Source: an uncultured Solirubrobacteraceae bacterium | GTDB lineage: Bacteria > Actinomycetota > Thermoleophilia > Solirubrobacterales > Solirubrobacteraceae | Direction of reading: 5' to 3' | Assembly (NCBI GenBank): GCA_964588985.1 | Contig: CAZPQW010000009.1 | Location: 1-64,000 of the forward strand | Length of the DNA: 64,000 bases | Shown: positions 18,632-28,241 of the stretch, one piece after another | Numbering within the stretch: position 1 is the stretch's first letter | Layout: every line of letters begins with the position of its first letter | Notes under the pieces: model-generated | Told to the model about the DNA's origin: nothing | What the model saw: the letters and a program-made list of their open reading frames with translations, nothing else | Database searches by the model: none | Position numbers and translations under genes: made by a program

Positions 18632-19540
18632 ATGCTCAACCTGCCATTCGCGGTCTCCGAGGATCTCTCCACGGCCTTCGAGATCGGGCCGCTTGCGATC
18701 GTCGCGGTGTTCTACGCACTCCGTGTGCGCACGCTCGCGGAGGGCGAGCACCGCGTGCCCGGCTGGCGTCAGGCGTGCTTCTACGCGGGCTTGGCCACGA
18801 TCGCCGCCGCGCTCACCGCGCTCGGCCGCGCAAGCGACGAACTGCTGTACGCGCACATGATCGAGCACCTCCTGCTCGGCGATATCGCGGCGCTCCTGAT
18901 CGTGCTCGGCCTGACCGGCCCGCTGATCGCCCCGATCCTGCGCATCGGCTTCTTCAACCGTCTGCGCGCGATCTCCCATCCGGCGATCGCTTTCCCGCTG
19001 TGGGCGCTGGACCTCTACACGTGGCACCTGCCGGTGCTCTACCAGGCCGCGCTGCGCCACTCCGGCGTGCACGCCCTGGAGCACGCGATGTTCCTCGGCT
19101 TCGGGATCAACATGTGGATGTGCCTGTTCGGCCCGCTGCCGATGCCCAGCTGGTTCGGCAACCTCGGCCGGCTCGGGTACATCGTCGCGGTCCGCCTGAC
19201 CGGCTCGGTGCTCGGAAACGTGTTCCTGTGGTCCGGCACCGTCTTCTACCCCTTCTACCTGCAGGGAGACGCGCGTTTCCACATCTCCCCCCTGGCCGAT
19301 CAGAGCCTCGCGGGCTCAATCATGATGGTCGAGGAGTCGATCCTCACGCTCGGCCTGTTCTGCTGGCTGTTCCTGCGCACCGCCCGCGAGGGCGAGGAGC
19401 GCCAGGACCTGCTCGACTTCGCGCACTCGCGCGGGCTGGAGCTCACCGACGAGCGTGCCGCCCGCGCGGTCGCGGCCGGCCGCGGAGGCGATCTGCGCCG
19501 CCGGCTGGAGAGCCGCAGCGGCGCGGCCGAGGGGTCTTAG
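18632..19540 (+). CDS. Cytochrome c oxidase assembly protein (Caa3_CtaG family)
   Basis: HMIEHLLL, WHLPVLY, HALEH, DQSLAGSIM; multiple TM segments. Confidence 0.88.
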   Translation: MLNLPFAVSEDLSTAFEIGPLAIVAVFYALRVRTLAEGEHRVPGWRQACFYAGLATIAAALTALGRASDELLYAHMIEHLLLGDIAALLIVLGLTGPLIAPILRIGFFNRLRAISHPAIAFPLWALDLYTWHLPVLYQAALRHSGVHALEHAMFLGFGINMWMCLFGPLPMPSWFGNLGRLGYIVAVRLTGSVLGNVFLWSGTVFYPFYLQGDARFHISPLADQSLAGSIMMVEESILTLGLFCWLFLRTAREGEERQDLLDFAHSRGLELTDERAARAVAAGRGGDLRRRLESRSGAAEGS

Positions 19541-19558
19541 CGGCTAATCTCCGAAGCC

Positions 19559-19795
19559 ATGTGCGCCGGTTGCGCAATGGCCGCCGCCTCGGCCGCCACG
19601 GGCTTTCGAACCTGGCTTCAGACCCACCACTTCGGCTGGCTTACGCCGCGCCGGATGCGCTCGCTGACGATCGGCGCGATGTGCGCAGCAGGCCTCGTCT
19701 CGACAGTCGGCTTCAGCGGCTCGACGCCGGCTCCGGCCAGCGCGGCGAACACGACGGCCCACCCCGCCGCTGCGTCAGCCCTGCAGAAGCGCTAG
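19559..19795 (+). CDS. Small hypothetical membrane protein with N-terminal MCxxC
   Basis: 78 aa, MCAGCAM..., hydrophobic segment; fills the gap. TAATCT lies 7 nt upstream of the ATG. Confidence 0.6.
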   Translation: MCAGCAMAAASAATGFRTWLQTHHFGWLTPRRMRSLTIGAMCAAGLVSTVGFSGSTPAPASAANTTAHPAAASALQKR

Positions 19796-20070
19796 CAGCC
19801 GCCCGCTACGGCCGGCAGGATCGTCAGCTCGGCCCCGTCGGCGACGGGTGTGGCGAGGCCGTCGAGGAAGCGGATGTCTTCGCCGGCGAGGTACACGTTG
19901 ACGAAGCGCCGCAGCGAGCCGTCGTCGTCGGCGATGCGCGCGCGCAGCTCGCCGTAGCGGGCGAACAGGCCGTCGAGGACCTCCTGCACGGTAGCGCCGT
20001 CGAGTTTGGTCTCCGCGTCGCCGTCGGCTGCCGCGCGCAACTGCGTGGGGATCTTGACGGTGACCGACAT
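19792..20070 (-). CDS. ThiS/MoaD/CysO-like sulfur carrier ending in GG-C
   Basis: MSVTVKIPTQLR...LRRFVNVY..GEDIRFLDGL.T...ILPAVAGGC; translationally coupled to the thrC-like gene. Confidence 0.92.
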   Translation of the reverse strand: MSVTVKIPTQLRAAADGDAETKLDGATVQEVLDGLFARYGELRARIADDDGSLRRFVNVYLAGEDIRFLDGLATPVADGAELTILPAVAGGC

Positions 20071-21341
20071 CAGACGGCCACCTTCTCCGCGAAGCCGGCC
20101 TCGAACGCCTCGATGCTCGGGGAGATCGTGGTCGTCTCGAACGTGCCGCGGACCGCGTCGAGCGTCTTCAGGCCCTCCCCGGTGATCACGAGCACCACGC
20201 GCTCGTCCGGGTCGATGTCGCCGCGCGCCGCGAGCTTCGCGAGCACCGCTGTCGTGACGCCGCCCGCGGTCTCGGTGAAGACCCCGGTGGTCTCCGCCAG
20301 CAGGCGAATGCCGGCGCGGATCTCGTCGTCGCTGACCGCGTCGACCGAGCCGCCGCTGCGGCGCGCGAGGTCGAGCGCGTAGGGGCCGTCGGCGGGGTTG
20401 CCGATCGCGAGCGACTTGGCGATCGTGTTCGGCTTCACCGGCCTGCAGACCTCCTGGCCGGCCGCGAACGCGCCCGCCACCGGCGAGCAGCCCTCGGCCT
20501 GCGCGCCGTTCATGCGCGGCAGCGGGCGGGCGGGATTCTCTATCAAGCCCAGCTCGGTCCATTCCTCGAAGCCCTTGGCGATTTTCGTGAACAGCGAGCC
20601 GGAGGCGACCGGCACGATGCAGCGGTCGGGGAGCTCCCAGCCGAGCTGCTCGGCGATCTCGAACGCGAGCGTCTTGGATCCCTCGGCGTAGTAGGGGCGC
20701 AGGTTGATGTTCACGAACGCCCAGTCGCGCTCCGCGCACAGCTCGGTGCACAGGCGGTTGACGTCATCGTAGTTGCCCTCCACGCCCACCAGGTTCGTGC
20801 CGTAGATGCCCGTCGCGAGGATCTTCTGCTCCTCCAGGTCTGAGGGGATGAACACGTAGGAGTCCATGCCCAGCGCGGCGCCGTGAGCGGCGACCGAGTT
20901 CGCGAGGTTGCCGGTGGACGCGCACGCGATCGTCTCGAAGCCGAGCTCGCGCGCCCGCGTCACGGCGACCGACACGACGCGGTCCTTGAAGGAGTGCGTG
21001 GGGTTGGCGGCGTCGTTCTTGACCCACACCTCGCGCAGGCCGAGGTGCTCGGCGAGCCTGTCAGCGCGGATCAGCGGCGTGCAGCCCGCTGGCAGCCCCA
21101 CGCGTGAGGCCAGACGCCCGGACGGCCCGGGAGGCCCACCGGCGAGCGGCAGGAAGTCGGCGTAGCGCCAGATGTTCTGCGGTCCGCCCTGGATGCGGCG
21201 GCGCAGCTCGCCGATGTCGCCGCTGGTCTGGCTGTGGTCGTAGACGACCTCCAGCGGACCGAAGCACTGCTCGCAGACGTACAGCGCCTCCAGCGGGTAC
21301 TGGGATTTGCACTCCTTGCACTGCAGATGACTGACAGCCAT
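20070..21341 (-). CDS. Threonine synthase-like PLP enzyme (probable O-phosphohomoserine sulfhydrylase)
   Basis: N-terminal CxxC...CxxC, NPTHSFKDR (PLP Lys), CASTGN, EGSKT, ITGEGLK; SAM riboswitch upstream. Confidence 0.88.
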   Translation of the reverse strand: MAVSHLQCKECKSQYPLEALYVCEQCFGPLEVVYDHSQTSGDIGELRRRIQGGPQNIWRYADFLPLAGGPPGPSGRLASRVGLPAGCTPLIRADRLAEHLGLREVWVKNDAANPTHSFKDRVVSVAVTRARELGFETIACASTGNLANSVAAHGAALGMDSYVFIPSDLEEQKILATGIYGTNLVGVEGNYDDVNRLCTELCAERDWAFVNINLRPYYAEGSKTLAFEIAEQLGWELPDRCIVPVASGSLFTKIAKGFEEWTELGLIENPARPLPRMNGAQAEGCSPVAGAFAAGQEVCRPVKPNTIAKSLAIGNPADGPYALDLARRSGGSVDAVSDDEIRAGIRLLAETTGVFTETAGGVTTAVLAKLAARGDIDPDERVVLVITGEGLKTLDAVRGTFETTTISPSIEAFEAGFAEKVAV

Positions 21342-21400
21342 TGGGGCTCCTTCGCTCGAGTCTTTGCCGTCACGTGTGGCAAAGAGCGCGAAGCTCCCCC

Positions 21401-21494
21401 ACACATCTCTCTGGAATTGGCACCTTCCCGCTGTGACTTGACGGTGGTTGCCGGGGTTTCGTAGGGCCTAGTCCCTCCACCCCTCTGGATGTGT
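21401..21494 (-). ncRNA. SAM-I (S-box) riboswitch
   Basis: Minus strand ACACATCCAGAGGGGTGGAGGGACTAGGCCCTACGAAACCCCGGCAACC...GGTGCCAATTCC..AGATGTGT, with P1 ACACATC/GATGTGT. Confidence 0.93.
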
Positions 21495-21603
21495 CCAGCT
21501 ATGTCTGTCGAGCATTGTATCGGACGAACGGCGGAAAGTCATGACGCATTTGCGATTCGTCGTGGACCGGTAACGCTAGCGCCACGCTGGTGTAGGCCCA
21601 CTG

Positions 21604-22629
21604 GTGAGCATCTCCACGCGCGAGCTCGACGAGCCCAACGGGCCTCTCCTCGACGACCAGCAGGCAGCTGAGGCCGAAGCGCCGTTCCGCTTCGCCTCCC
21701 CGGCGAAGAAGCGGCGCATGCTGATCATCGTCAATCCGTACGCGACGACTGTCTCCGACCGCCTGCGCCACCTCGTGGTCTACGCGCTGCAGGGCCGCTT
21801 CGAGGTCGACGCGGTCGACACCGAGGCGCGCGGGCACGCCACCGAGCTGTGTCGCGAGGCCGCGCACGAGGGCTACGACGTGGTCGTGGCGTTCGGCGGC
21901 GACGGCACGGTCAACGAAGCGGCCAACGGCCTGCTCGGCTCCCCCACCCCCCTGTGCTGCCTTCCGGGCGGCTCGGCGAACGTGTTCGGCAAGATCCTCG
22001 GCATCCCCGGCGACGTGGTGGACGCCACCGAGCACCTGCTCGCGATGGCCGACGACTGGAACCCGCGCCAGGTCGACCTGGGCGTGGTCAACGGCCGCTG
22101 CTTCACGTTCGCCTCGGGTCTCGGGCTCGACGCGAGCGTGGTCGAGCGGGTGGACTCCAACCCGCGCCTGAAGGCGCGCCTCGGCGCCTACTACTTCACG
22201 TGGGTGGCGGTCAGCACGTTCATGCGCCGCTACCTGGTGAGCCCCCCGCGGCTGGAGGTCGACGCGGGTGGAGAGACGCTCGAGGGCGTCACCGCGATCG
22301 TGCAGAACGGCTCGCCGTTCACCTACTTCCAGAACCGGCCGATCGACATCGCCGATGGCGCGGCGCTCGACTCGGGCGCGCTCACAGGCGGCGTGCTGCA
22401 CCGCGCGACGCTGCTGTCGATGCCCTCGATTGCGTTCCGCGCGTTCTCCAAGCACGCGCGCGTCGCCGAGCACCGCCAGGTGAGCGGTCTGCCGCACGAC
22501 ATGAGCGAGCTGACCGTGCGCAGCACCGACGGGCGCACGCTGCCGCTGCAGGTCGACGGCGACTATCTCGGCGAGGTCACCGAGGCCCGCTACACGGTGC
22601 TGCCGAACGCCCTCACCGTCGTCGCCTGA
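21604..22629 (+). CDS. Diacylglycerol kinase family lipid kinase
   Basis: IVNP, GGDGTVNE, PGGSANVF, QVDGD. Confidence 0.9.
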   Translation: MSISTRELDEPNGPLLDDQQAAEAEAPFRFASPAKKRRMLIIVNPYATTVSDRLRHLVVYALQGRFEVDAVDTEARGHATELCREAAHEGYDVVVAFGGDGTVNEAANGLLGSPTPLCCLPGGSANVFGKILGIPGDVVDATEHLLAMADDWNPRQVDLGVVNGRCFTFASGLGLDASVVERVDSNPRLKARLGAYYFTWVAVSTFMRRYLVSPPRLEVDAGGETLEGVTAIVQNGSPFTYFQNRPIDIADGAALDSGALTGGVLHRATLLSMPSIAFRAFSKHARVAEHRQVSGLPHDMSELTVRSTDGRTLPLQVDGDYLGEVTEARYTVLPNALTVVA

Positions 22630-22635
22630 TCTGGC

Positions 22636-25068
22636 TCAGGCGGACACGCCGCCGGCGGCGCCGGGCGTGACGCGGTAGGCGTCGAACACCGAGTCGGTGT
22701 TGCGCAGGCGGTTGATCGCACCCTTGAGCGCGTGGGTGTCGGCCACCTCGACCACGAAGCGGTTCTTGACCATCGGCGGCATCGATAGGCAGCGCGCTTC
22801 CATGATGTTCGCGCCGGACTCCGAGAACGCGCGCGAGAGATCCTCGAGCAGACGGTGGCGGTCCCACGCGTCGATCTGGATCTCCACGATGAAGCCGGTC
22901 GACTGGTCGCCTTCCCAGGCGACGTTCGCGAAGCGCTCGGGGCTCTTGCGCAGCAGCGTCGTGTTGGGGCAGTCCTCGCGATGGATCGTGATGCCGCGCC
23001 CGAGGGAGATGTAGCCGACGATCTCATCGCCCGGCACAGGCCGGCAGCACTTGGCGAGTCGCAGCATCACGTCCTCGACGCCTTCAACGCGGATGCCGTA
23101 CTGGCCTGAGGACTTGGTCGGCCGCCGGCGGGTGCGCCCGACGCGCAGCAGTTCGGAGGCGCTGTCGTCGCCGTCGGCGGACTCGCCCTGCTTCAGGCGC
23201 TGCATCACCTTGTTGACGACGAGCTTCGGCGAGATCTTGGCGGCGCCCATCGCGATGTAGAAATCGTCCGCCTTGCGGTAGCCGACCTCGCGGATCACGT
23301 CCGCGAGCAGCGCCGAGCCGGTGATCTTCTGCGCGGGCAGGCCCTGTTTGCGCAGATGCTCCTGCAGCAGCTCGCGACCGGTGTGCTCGGTGTCCTGGCG
23401 GGACTCGGCCTTGAACCAGGCCTTGATCTTGTTGCGCGCGCGGGTCGTCTTGACCGTCGCGAGCCAGTCACGCGAGGGGCCGCGGTCGCGCTTGGCGGTG
23501 AGTATCTCGACGATGTCCCCGGACTGCAGCTCATAGTGCAGCGGCACGATTTTCCCGTTCACGCGCGCGCCCACGCAGCGGTGCCCGATCTCGGTGTGCA
23601 CCTCGTAGGCGAAGTCCAGCGGCGTCGCGCCGAGCGCGAGCGACTTGACTTCGCCCTTGGGCGTGAACACGAACACCTCCTCTTCGAAGAGGTCGGTGCG
23701 CAGCGTCTCCATGAACTCGCCGGGGTCGGAGAGCTCTTTCTGCCAGTCGAGCATCGAGCGCAGCCACTTCAGCTTCGCGTCCTCCCCAGCGGCCGGCCAG
23801 CTCGTCGTGCGGCGCTGGGGCGCGCCGTCGGCCTCGCCGGCGCCGGGCTGCTTGTAGAGCCAGTGCGCCGCGACGCCGAACTCCGCCATTTCGTGCATCT
23901 CCCGTGTGCGGATCTGGATCTCCAGCGGCCGCCCCTCGGGCCCGATGATCGTCGTGTGCAGCGACTGGTACATGTTGAACTTCGGGACTGAGATGAAGTC
24001 CTTGAAGCGGCCGGGGAGCGGCTTCCACAGCGAGTGGATCACGCCGACGGTGCCGTAGCAGTCCTTCACCGAGTCGACGATCACGCGCATCGCGGTGAGG
24101 TCGTAGATCTCGTTGAACTCGCGGCCCTTCTTGGTCATCTTCGAGTAGATCGAGTAGAAGTGCTTCGCGCGGCCCGCGATCTCGGCCTGCACGCCGACCT
24201 TGGCGAGCTCCTCGCGCAGGTAGTCGCCGGCCTCGGTGACGTAGCTCTCGCGCTCCTCGCGCTGTTGGGCGACGAGGCCCTTGATCTCCTGGTACTTGCG
24301 CGGGTGCAGCGTGGCGAACGCGAGGTCCTCGAGCTCCCACTTGATCGCGTGGATTCCCAGGCGGTGAGCGAGCGGCGCGTAGATGTCGAGCGTCTCGCGC
24401 GCCTTGTCCATCTGCTTCTGCTTGGGCATCGCATCGATCGTGCGCATGTTGTGCAGGCGGTCGGCGAGCTTGATTAGGATGACCCGCACGTCGGTGGCCA
24501 TCGCGACCATCATCTTGCGGTAGTTGTTCGCCTGCGCCTCGTCGCGCGACTGGAACGTGATGCCCGTGAGCTTCGTCACGCCGTCGACGATCGCCGCGAT
24601 TTCCTCGCCGAAGCGCTCGCGCACCTCATCGAGCGAGGCGGAGGTGTCCTCGACGGTGTCGTGCAGCAGCGCCGCGCACAGCGTCTCTGTGTCGAGGCGC
24701 ATCCCCGCGCAGATCTGCGCCACGCCGACCGGGTGCACGATGAAGTCCTCGCCGGACTTGCGTCGCTGGTCCGCGTGGTGCTCGCACGCGAACACGAACG
24801 CGTCCTTCACACGATCACGGTCGATCTCCAGCGACGAGTCGGCGGCGTGCTCGGAGATGATCGCGAACAGGTCCCCGAGCAGCCGGCGCTCGGATGCGCT
24901 CAGCTTCACCGCCGTCCCCGCGTCGGCGGTCACGTGGGTGGGTGCCTTCCCGTTTGACCCCGAGGTTGGGCTCATCGCGGCGCTCGGCGCACCGGCCAGC
25001 TCCGCGACGCCCGCCTCGCGGGGGGCCTCGGTGGCCTGGGACCTGTTGGGTTCGTCGACGATGGCCAT
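22636..25068 (-). CDS. rel: Bifunctional (p)ppGpp synthetase/hydrolase
   Basis: RKSGEDFIVHP, LLHDTVED, KLADRLHNMRT, GRAKH, YQSLHT, EIQIRT, TGS and ACT domains. Confidence 0.96.
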   Translation of the reverse strand: MAIVDEPNRSQATEAPREAGVAELAGAPSAAMSPTSGSNGKAPTHVTADAGTAVKLSASERRLLGDLFAIISEHAADSSLEIDRDRVKDAFVFACEHHADQRRKSGEDFIVHPVGVAQICAGMRLDTETLCAALLHDTVEDTSASLDEVRERFGEEIAAIVDGVTKLTGITFQSRDEAQANNYRKMMVAMATDVRVILIKLADRLHNMRTIDAMPKQKQMDKARETLDIYAPLAHRLGIHAIKWELEDLAFATLHPRKYQEIKGLVAQQREERESYVTEAGDYLREELAKVGVQAEIAGRAKHFYSIYSKMTKKGREFNEIYDLTAMRVIVDSVKDCYGTVGVIHSLWKPLPGRFKDFISVPKFNMYQSLHTTIIGPEGRPLEIQIRTREMHEMAEFGVAAHWLYKQPGAGEADGAPQRRTTSWPAAGEDAKLKWLRSMLDWQKELSDPGEFMETLRTDLFEEEVFVFTPKGEVKSLALGATPLDFAYEVHTEIGHRCVGARVNGKIVPLHYELQSGDIVEILTAKRDRGPSRDWLATVKTTRARNKIKAWFKAESRQDTEHTGRELLQEHLRKQGLPAQKITGSALLADVIREVGYRKADDFYIAMGAAKISPKLVVNKVMQRLKQGESADGDDSASELLRVGRTRRRPTKSSGQYGIRVEGVEDVMLRLAKCCRPVPGDEIVGYISLGRGITIHREDCPNTTLLRKSPERFANVAWEGDQSTGFIVEIQIDAWDRHRLLEDLSRAFSESGANIMEARCLSMPPMVKNRFVVEVADTHALKGAINRLRNTDSVFDAYRVTPGAAGGVSA

Positions 25069-25109
25069 GATCAAAGGGTAGGGGACGGCCCAACCGGATT
25101 GAAGGGCGT

Positions 25110-26867
25110 CTAAAACAGCACGAGTTCCCCGGGCTCGCTGTTTACGGTCATCTCGTGGTCTTCATCGGCCGCTACGGGTGCGGCCTCGACCAGGGGCCGG
25201 GCCTGGCGGAGCACCAGGCGGGGCTCGCTGACGCCGTTCCATTCGTTGACCTCGAGCGTGAACGTGGCCTGCACGGGCGCCCCGTCGGCCACCGGGAGCC
25301 GCCCGCCGTTTCCGAACGCGACCGCGCGTGCGCGCGCGCCGCCGGACTCGACGGTGAAGCGGACGTGCTTGCCTTCGCCCATCGGCCGCGAGTCGGCGAA
25401 CGTCGCGTCGGCGAGCATCAGTGACACGCCGGGGTTGCCGCGGCCGAACGGCGCGAGCGCGGCGAGCTCTTCGGCCAGCGCCATGCCGAGCTCGGCCCCT
25501 TCCACGATCGCGTCCACGCGCTCGACGGGCACGAGATCCTCGGCTCCGAGCACGCGCTCTGTGTAGGCGCACAGCGCCGCGTCCAGCTCGGCCACGCGTC
25601 CACGCTCTATCTCCAGGCCCGCCGCCGCCCGGTGTCCGCCGTAGCGCAGCAGGTGCTCCTCGCAAGCGGTCAGGCCGGCGAGTAGGTCGAACGCGTCGAT
25701 GCTGCGCCCGGAGCCCTTGCCGGTCTCGCCGTCCAGCGCGATCATCACCACCGGGCGTCCGCTGCGCTCGACCAGACGCGAGGCGACGATCCCGATCACG
25801 CCCGCGTGCCAGTCCTCGCCGGCGAGGACGTAGGCGGGGCGCTCGCCGAGGGCGTCCATCTGCGCTTCGGCCTCGTAGCGGATGCGTGTCTCCACCGCCC
25901 TGCGCTCGTGGTTGGCGGCGTCCAACTCCTTGGCTATCTGCTGTGCTCGCGCGTGGTCCTCGGTGAGGATCAGCTCGAGTCCCGCATCGGCTCGATACAG
26001 GCGTCCGGCGGCGTTCAGCCGCGGGGCGAGCGCGAAGCCGACCGCGCGCTCGTTGACCTTGCCCGGATCGACGCCGGCGACCGACATCAGCGCGCGCAGA
26101 CCGGGCTTCGCGGTGCTCGCAAGCGCGCGCAGGCCGTAGCGCACGAGCGCCCGGTTCTCCCCCAGCAGCGGCACGACGTCCGCGATCGTCGCGAGGGCCA
26201 CCAGGTCGAGGTCGCGCCGCAACTCGCGGGTGTCCCGTCCTGCCGCGCCGTAGAGCGCCTGCGCGAGCTTGAAAGCGACCGCTGTCGCGCACAGCTCGGG
26301 ACACGGGTACCCGCACAGAGCCGGGTGCACGATCGGCGCCTGCGGCAGCTGCCCGTCGACGCGAGGCGAGTGGTGATCGGTGACGACCACGTCCATCGCG
26401 AGCGCCTTCGCCGCCGCGACCTCCTCGACCGCGGTGATCGCGCAGTCCGCGGTCACGAGCAGCCTCGTGCCGCGGGCCGCGAGTCGCTGCACGGTGCTCA
26501 TGCTCAACCCGTAGCCGTCGCCGGCCCGGTCGGGGATGTAGGAGTCCACGTCTCCCCCGAGCTCGCTCAGCGCCCGAACGAGGATCGCCGTGGAGCAGAT
26601 GCCATCGACGTCGTAGTCGCCGTGAATCGTGATCCGCGTGCCGGCCTGCACGTGAGCCAGGATCGACTCCACCGCCAAGCCGATGCCCGCGAACGCGTCC
26701 GGCGAGTGCGCCTCGTTGCCCGCTAGGAACGCACGCGCGCTCGTCGCGTCGGGCATGCCGCGGCGCACGAGCACCTGCGCGAGCGGCCCGCTGATGCCCA
26801 GCTCCGTCTGAAGATGGCGAACGTCCTCAGGCGAGCACTCGGAGATCTCGAAGCGGCAGTCGCTCAC
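25110..26867 (-). CDS. recJ: ssDNA exonuclease RecJ
   Basis: GDYDVDG, TDHH, TIADVVPL..ENR, PRLNAAGR, GSGRS, GGHRAAAG. Confidence 0.95.
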   Translation of the reverse strand: MSDCRFEISECSPEDVRHLQTELGISGPLAQVLVRRGMPDATSARAFLAGNEAHSPDAFAGIGLAVESILAHVQAGTRITIHGDYDVDGICSTAILVRALSELGGDVDSYIPDRAGDGYGLSMSTVQRLAARGTRLLVTADCAITAVEEVAAAKALAMDVVVTDHHSPRVDGQLPQAPIVHPALCGYPCPELCATAVAFKLAQALYGAAGRDTRELRRDLDLVALATIADVVPLLGENRALVRYGLRALASTAKPGLRALMSVAGVDPGKVNERAVGFALAPRLNAAGRLYRADAGLELILTEDHARAQQIAKELDAANHERRAVETRIRYEAEAQMDALGERPAYVLAGEDWHAGVIGIVASRLVERSGRPVVMIALDGETGKGSGRSIDAFDLLAGLTACEEHLLRYGGHRAAAGLEIERGRVAELDAALCAYTERVLGAEDLVPVERVDAIVEGAELGMALAEELAALAPFGRGNPGVSLMLADATFADSRPMGEGKHVRFTVESGGARARAVAFGNGGRLPVADGAPVQATFTLEVNEWNGVSEPRLVLRQARPLVEAAPVAADEDHEMTVNSEPGELVLF

Positions 26868-26911
26868 CCCGTGAGACTACGTCCAGGGCTAGACGGACCG
26901 GCTGACGACAG

Positions 26912-26946
26912 GCGAAGGCCCCGCCGGCGCTGGCCGGGGCCTTCGC
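26912..26946. terminator. Strong hairpin downstream of the secreted-protein gene
   Basis: GCGAAGGCCCCG...CGGGGCCTTCGC, a 12-bp perfect stem. Confidence 0.7.
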
Positions 26947-26959
26947 TGTGTCGGTTGCT

Positions 26960-27763
26960 CTACTTCTTGGCCGCCACCTTGAACACGGGCTGGTAGCCGG
27001 TCCAGCCGTTCGCGAGGCTGAACGTGCCGACCGTGCCGTGCGGTTCGGGTTCGTACATCGCGCTCCACAGCGAGTTGGCGTAGTCGTATTCAGGCAGAGG
27101 GTCACTGCCGACGCTCGGTGTGACCGGACCTTCTTCGGGGTCGGTCACCGCCACGTTGAGCGAGTTGTACGGCCCTTCTTCGCCTGTTGGTTTGGCGCCA
27201 TAGGTCTGCGTGTTGTATGCGACCGAGATGATTGCCTTTGCCGGCAGCGTGACTTCGGTCGGGTGGAACACGATCGCGTGCGTCTTGCCCTTGAAGCATT
27301 CTTTGCCCCAGCCTTTGCCTTCCGGCGACCCCGGGCATTTCTTGTTCTCGGTCGGTCGGTAGGGGATTTGGAACGTCTGCTGGGTCGTCGAGATCGGGGC
27401 GCCTTCGGGTTCGTGGGTGATCGCGTTCATGTTGTAGATGTTGAGCGTGATCTGCTGCGGGAACGTCGCCCCGGAGACCGTTGCGCATGTCGCTCCGCTG
27501 CCGAACTCGCATGACCAGACGGACATCACGACCGTCACCGCCGGTTCCCTGCGCTGCGTTGCGGCGAATTCGACGAGCCCCCCGAACTCCGAGGTCGATG
27601 TCGCCTCGAAGCCCACTGACGGCAGGTTGCCCGGCAGCGGCGCGGGGACGTTGTTGTAGACGACTGCCGCGCTCGCGGTCCCAACTGTGATGGCCGCGAC
27701 GGCCGTTGCTGCGACAAGCGCGGTAGCCAACTTCGCGACTCCGCGAGGAATCCTTGCGATCAT
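26960..27763 (-). CDS. Secreted hypothetical protein
   Basis: Signal peptide MIARIPRG...GTASA, GAGGAG SD, two Cys pairs, high-GC codon usage. Confidence 0.8.
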   Translation of the reverse strand: MIARIPRGVAKLATALVAATAVAAITVGTASAAVVYNNVPAPLPGNLPSVGFEATSTSEFGGLVEFAATQRREPAVTVVMSVWSCEFGSGATCATVSGATFPQQITLNIYNMNAITHEPEGAPISTTQQTFQIPYRPTENKKCPGSPEGKGWGKECFKGKTHAIVFHPTEVTLPAKAIISVAYNTQTYGAKPTGEEGPYNSLNVAVTDPEEGPVTPSVGSDPLPEYDYANSLWSAMYEPEPHGTVGTFSLANGWTGYQPVFKVAAKK

Positions 27764-27950
27764 CCTTGTCTCCTCTTCATTGCGGCCCGCAGAGCCACGT
27801 GGCCCTCGAGCATCGTGTAGCCCCTCCAGGGGCCTGTGCGGGCGACAGTCGCTTGGATCGCCAAGGCGCTTCCATGCTTTCACTGAGTGCAGCACCCGTC
27901 ACGGGCACACTACACGAACCCCAGCGCCTCAATAGGCTCGACCGATTCCG

Positions 27951-28241
27951 TTAATTGGACGTCGCTGCAGCCCGTTCGCGCCGCATGCCCTCGAGGTAGA
28001 TCAGCGCTATGCCGATCACCGCCCCGGGCACCGCGTACAGGATCACACCGATGTTCGTGGCCTTTTCGCCAGGTATCCGCAGCGCGGAGACCTTCACGCC
28101 GTAGATGATCAGCCCGACCACGATCGAGCCGACGAGCGATCCGACGAACGCGCCCACGATGCCGCCCCAGAAGCGGTCCGGCATGAAGATCGTGAAGTGC
28201 CAGATCGCGAGACCCATCATCACCCAGCCGAGAGCTCCCAT
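27951..28241 (-). CDS. Small 3-TM membrane protein coupled to secDF
   Basis: 96 aa, Gly-rich hydrophobic helices; start overlaps the secDF stop. Confidence 0.8.
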   Translation of the reverse strand: MGALGWVMMGLAIWHFTIFMPDRFWGGIVGAFVGSLVGSIVVGLIIYGVKVSALRIPGEKATNIGVILYAVPGAVIGIALIYLEGMRRERAAATSN

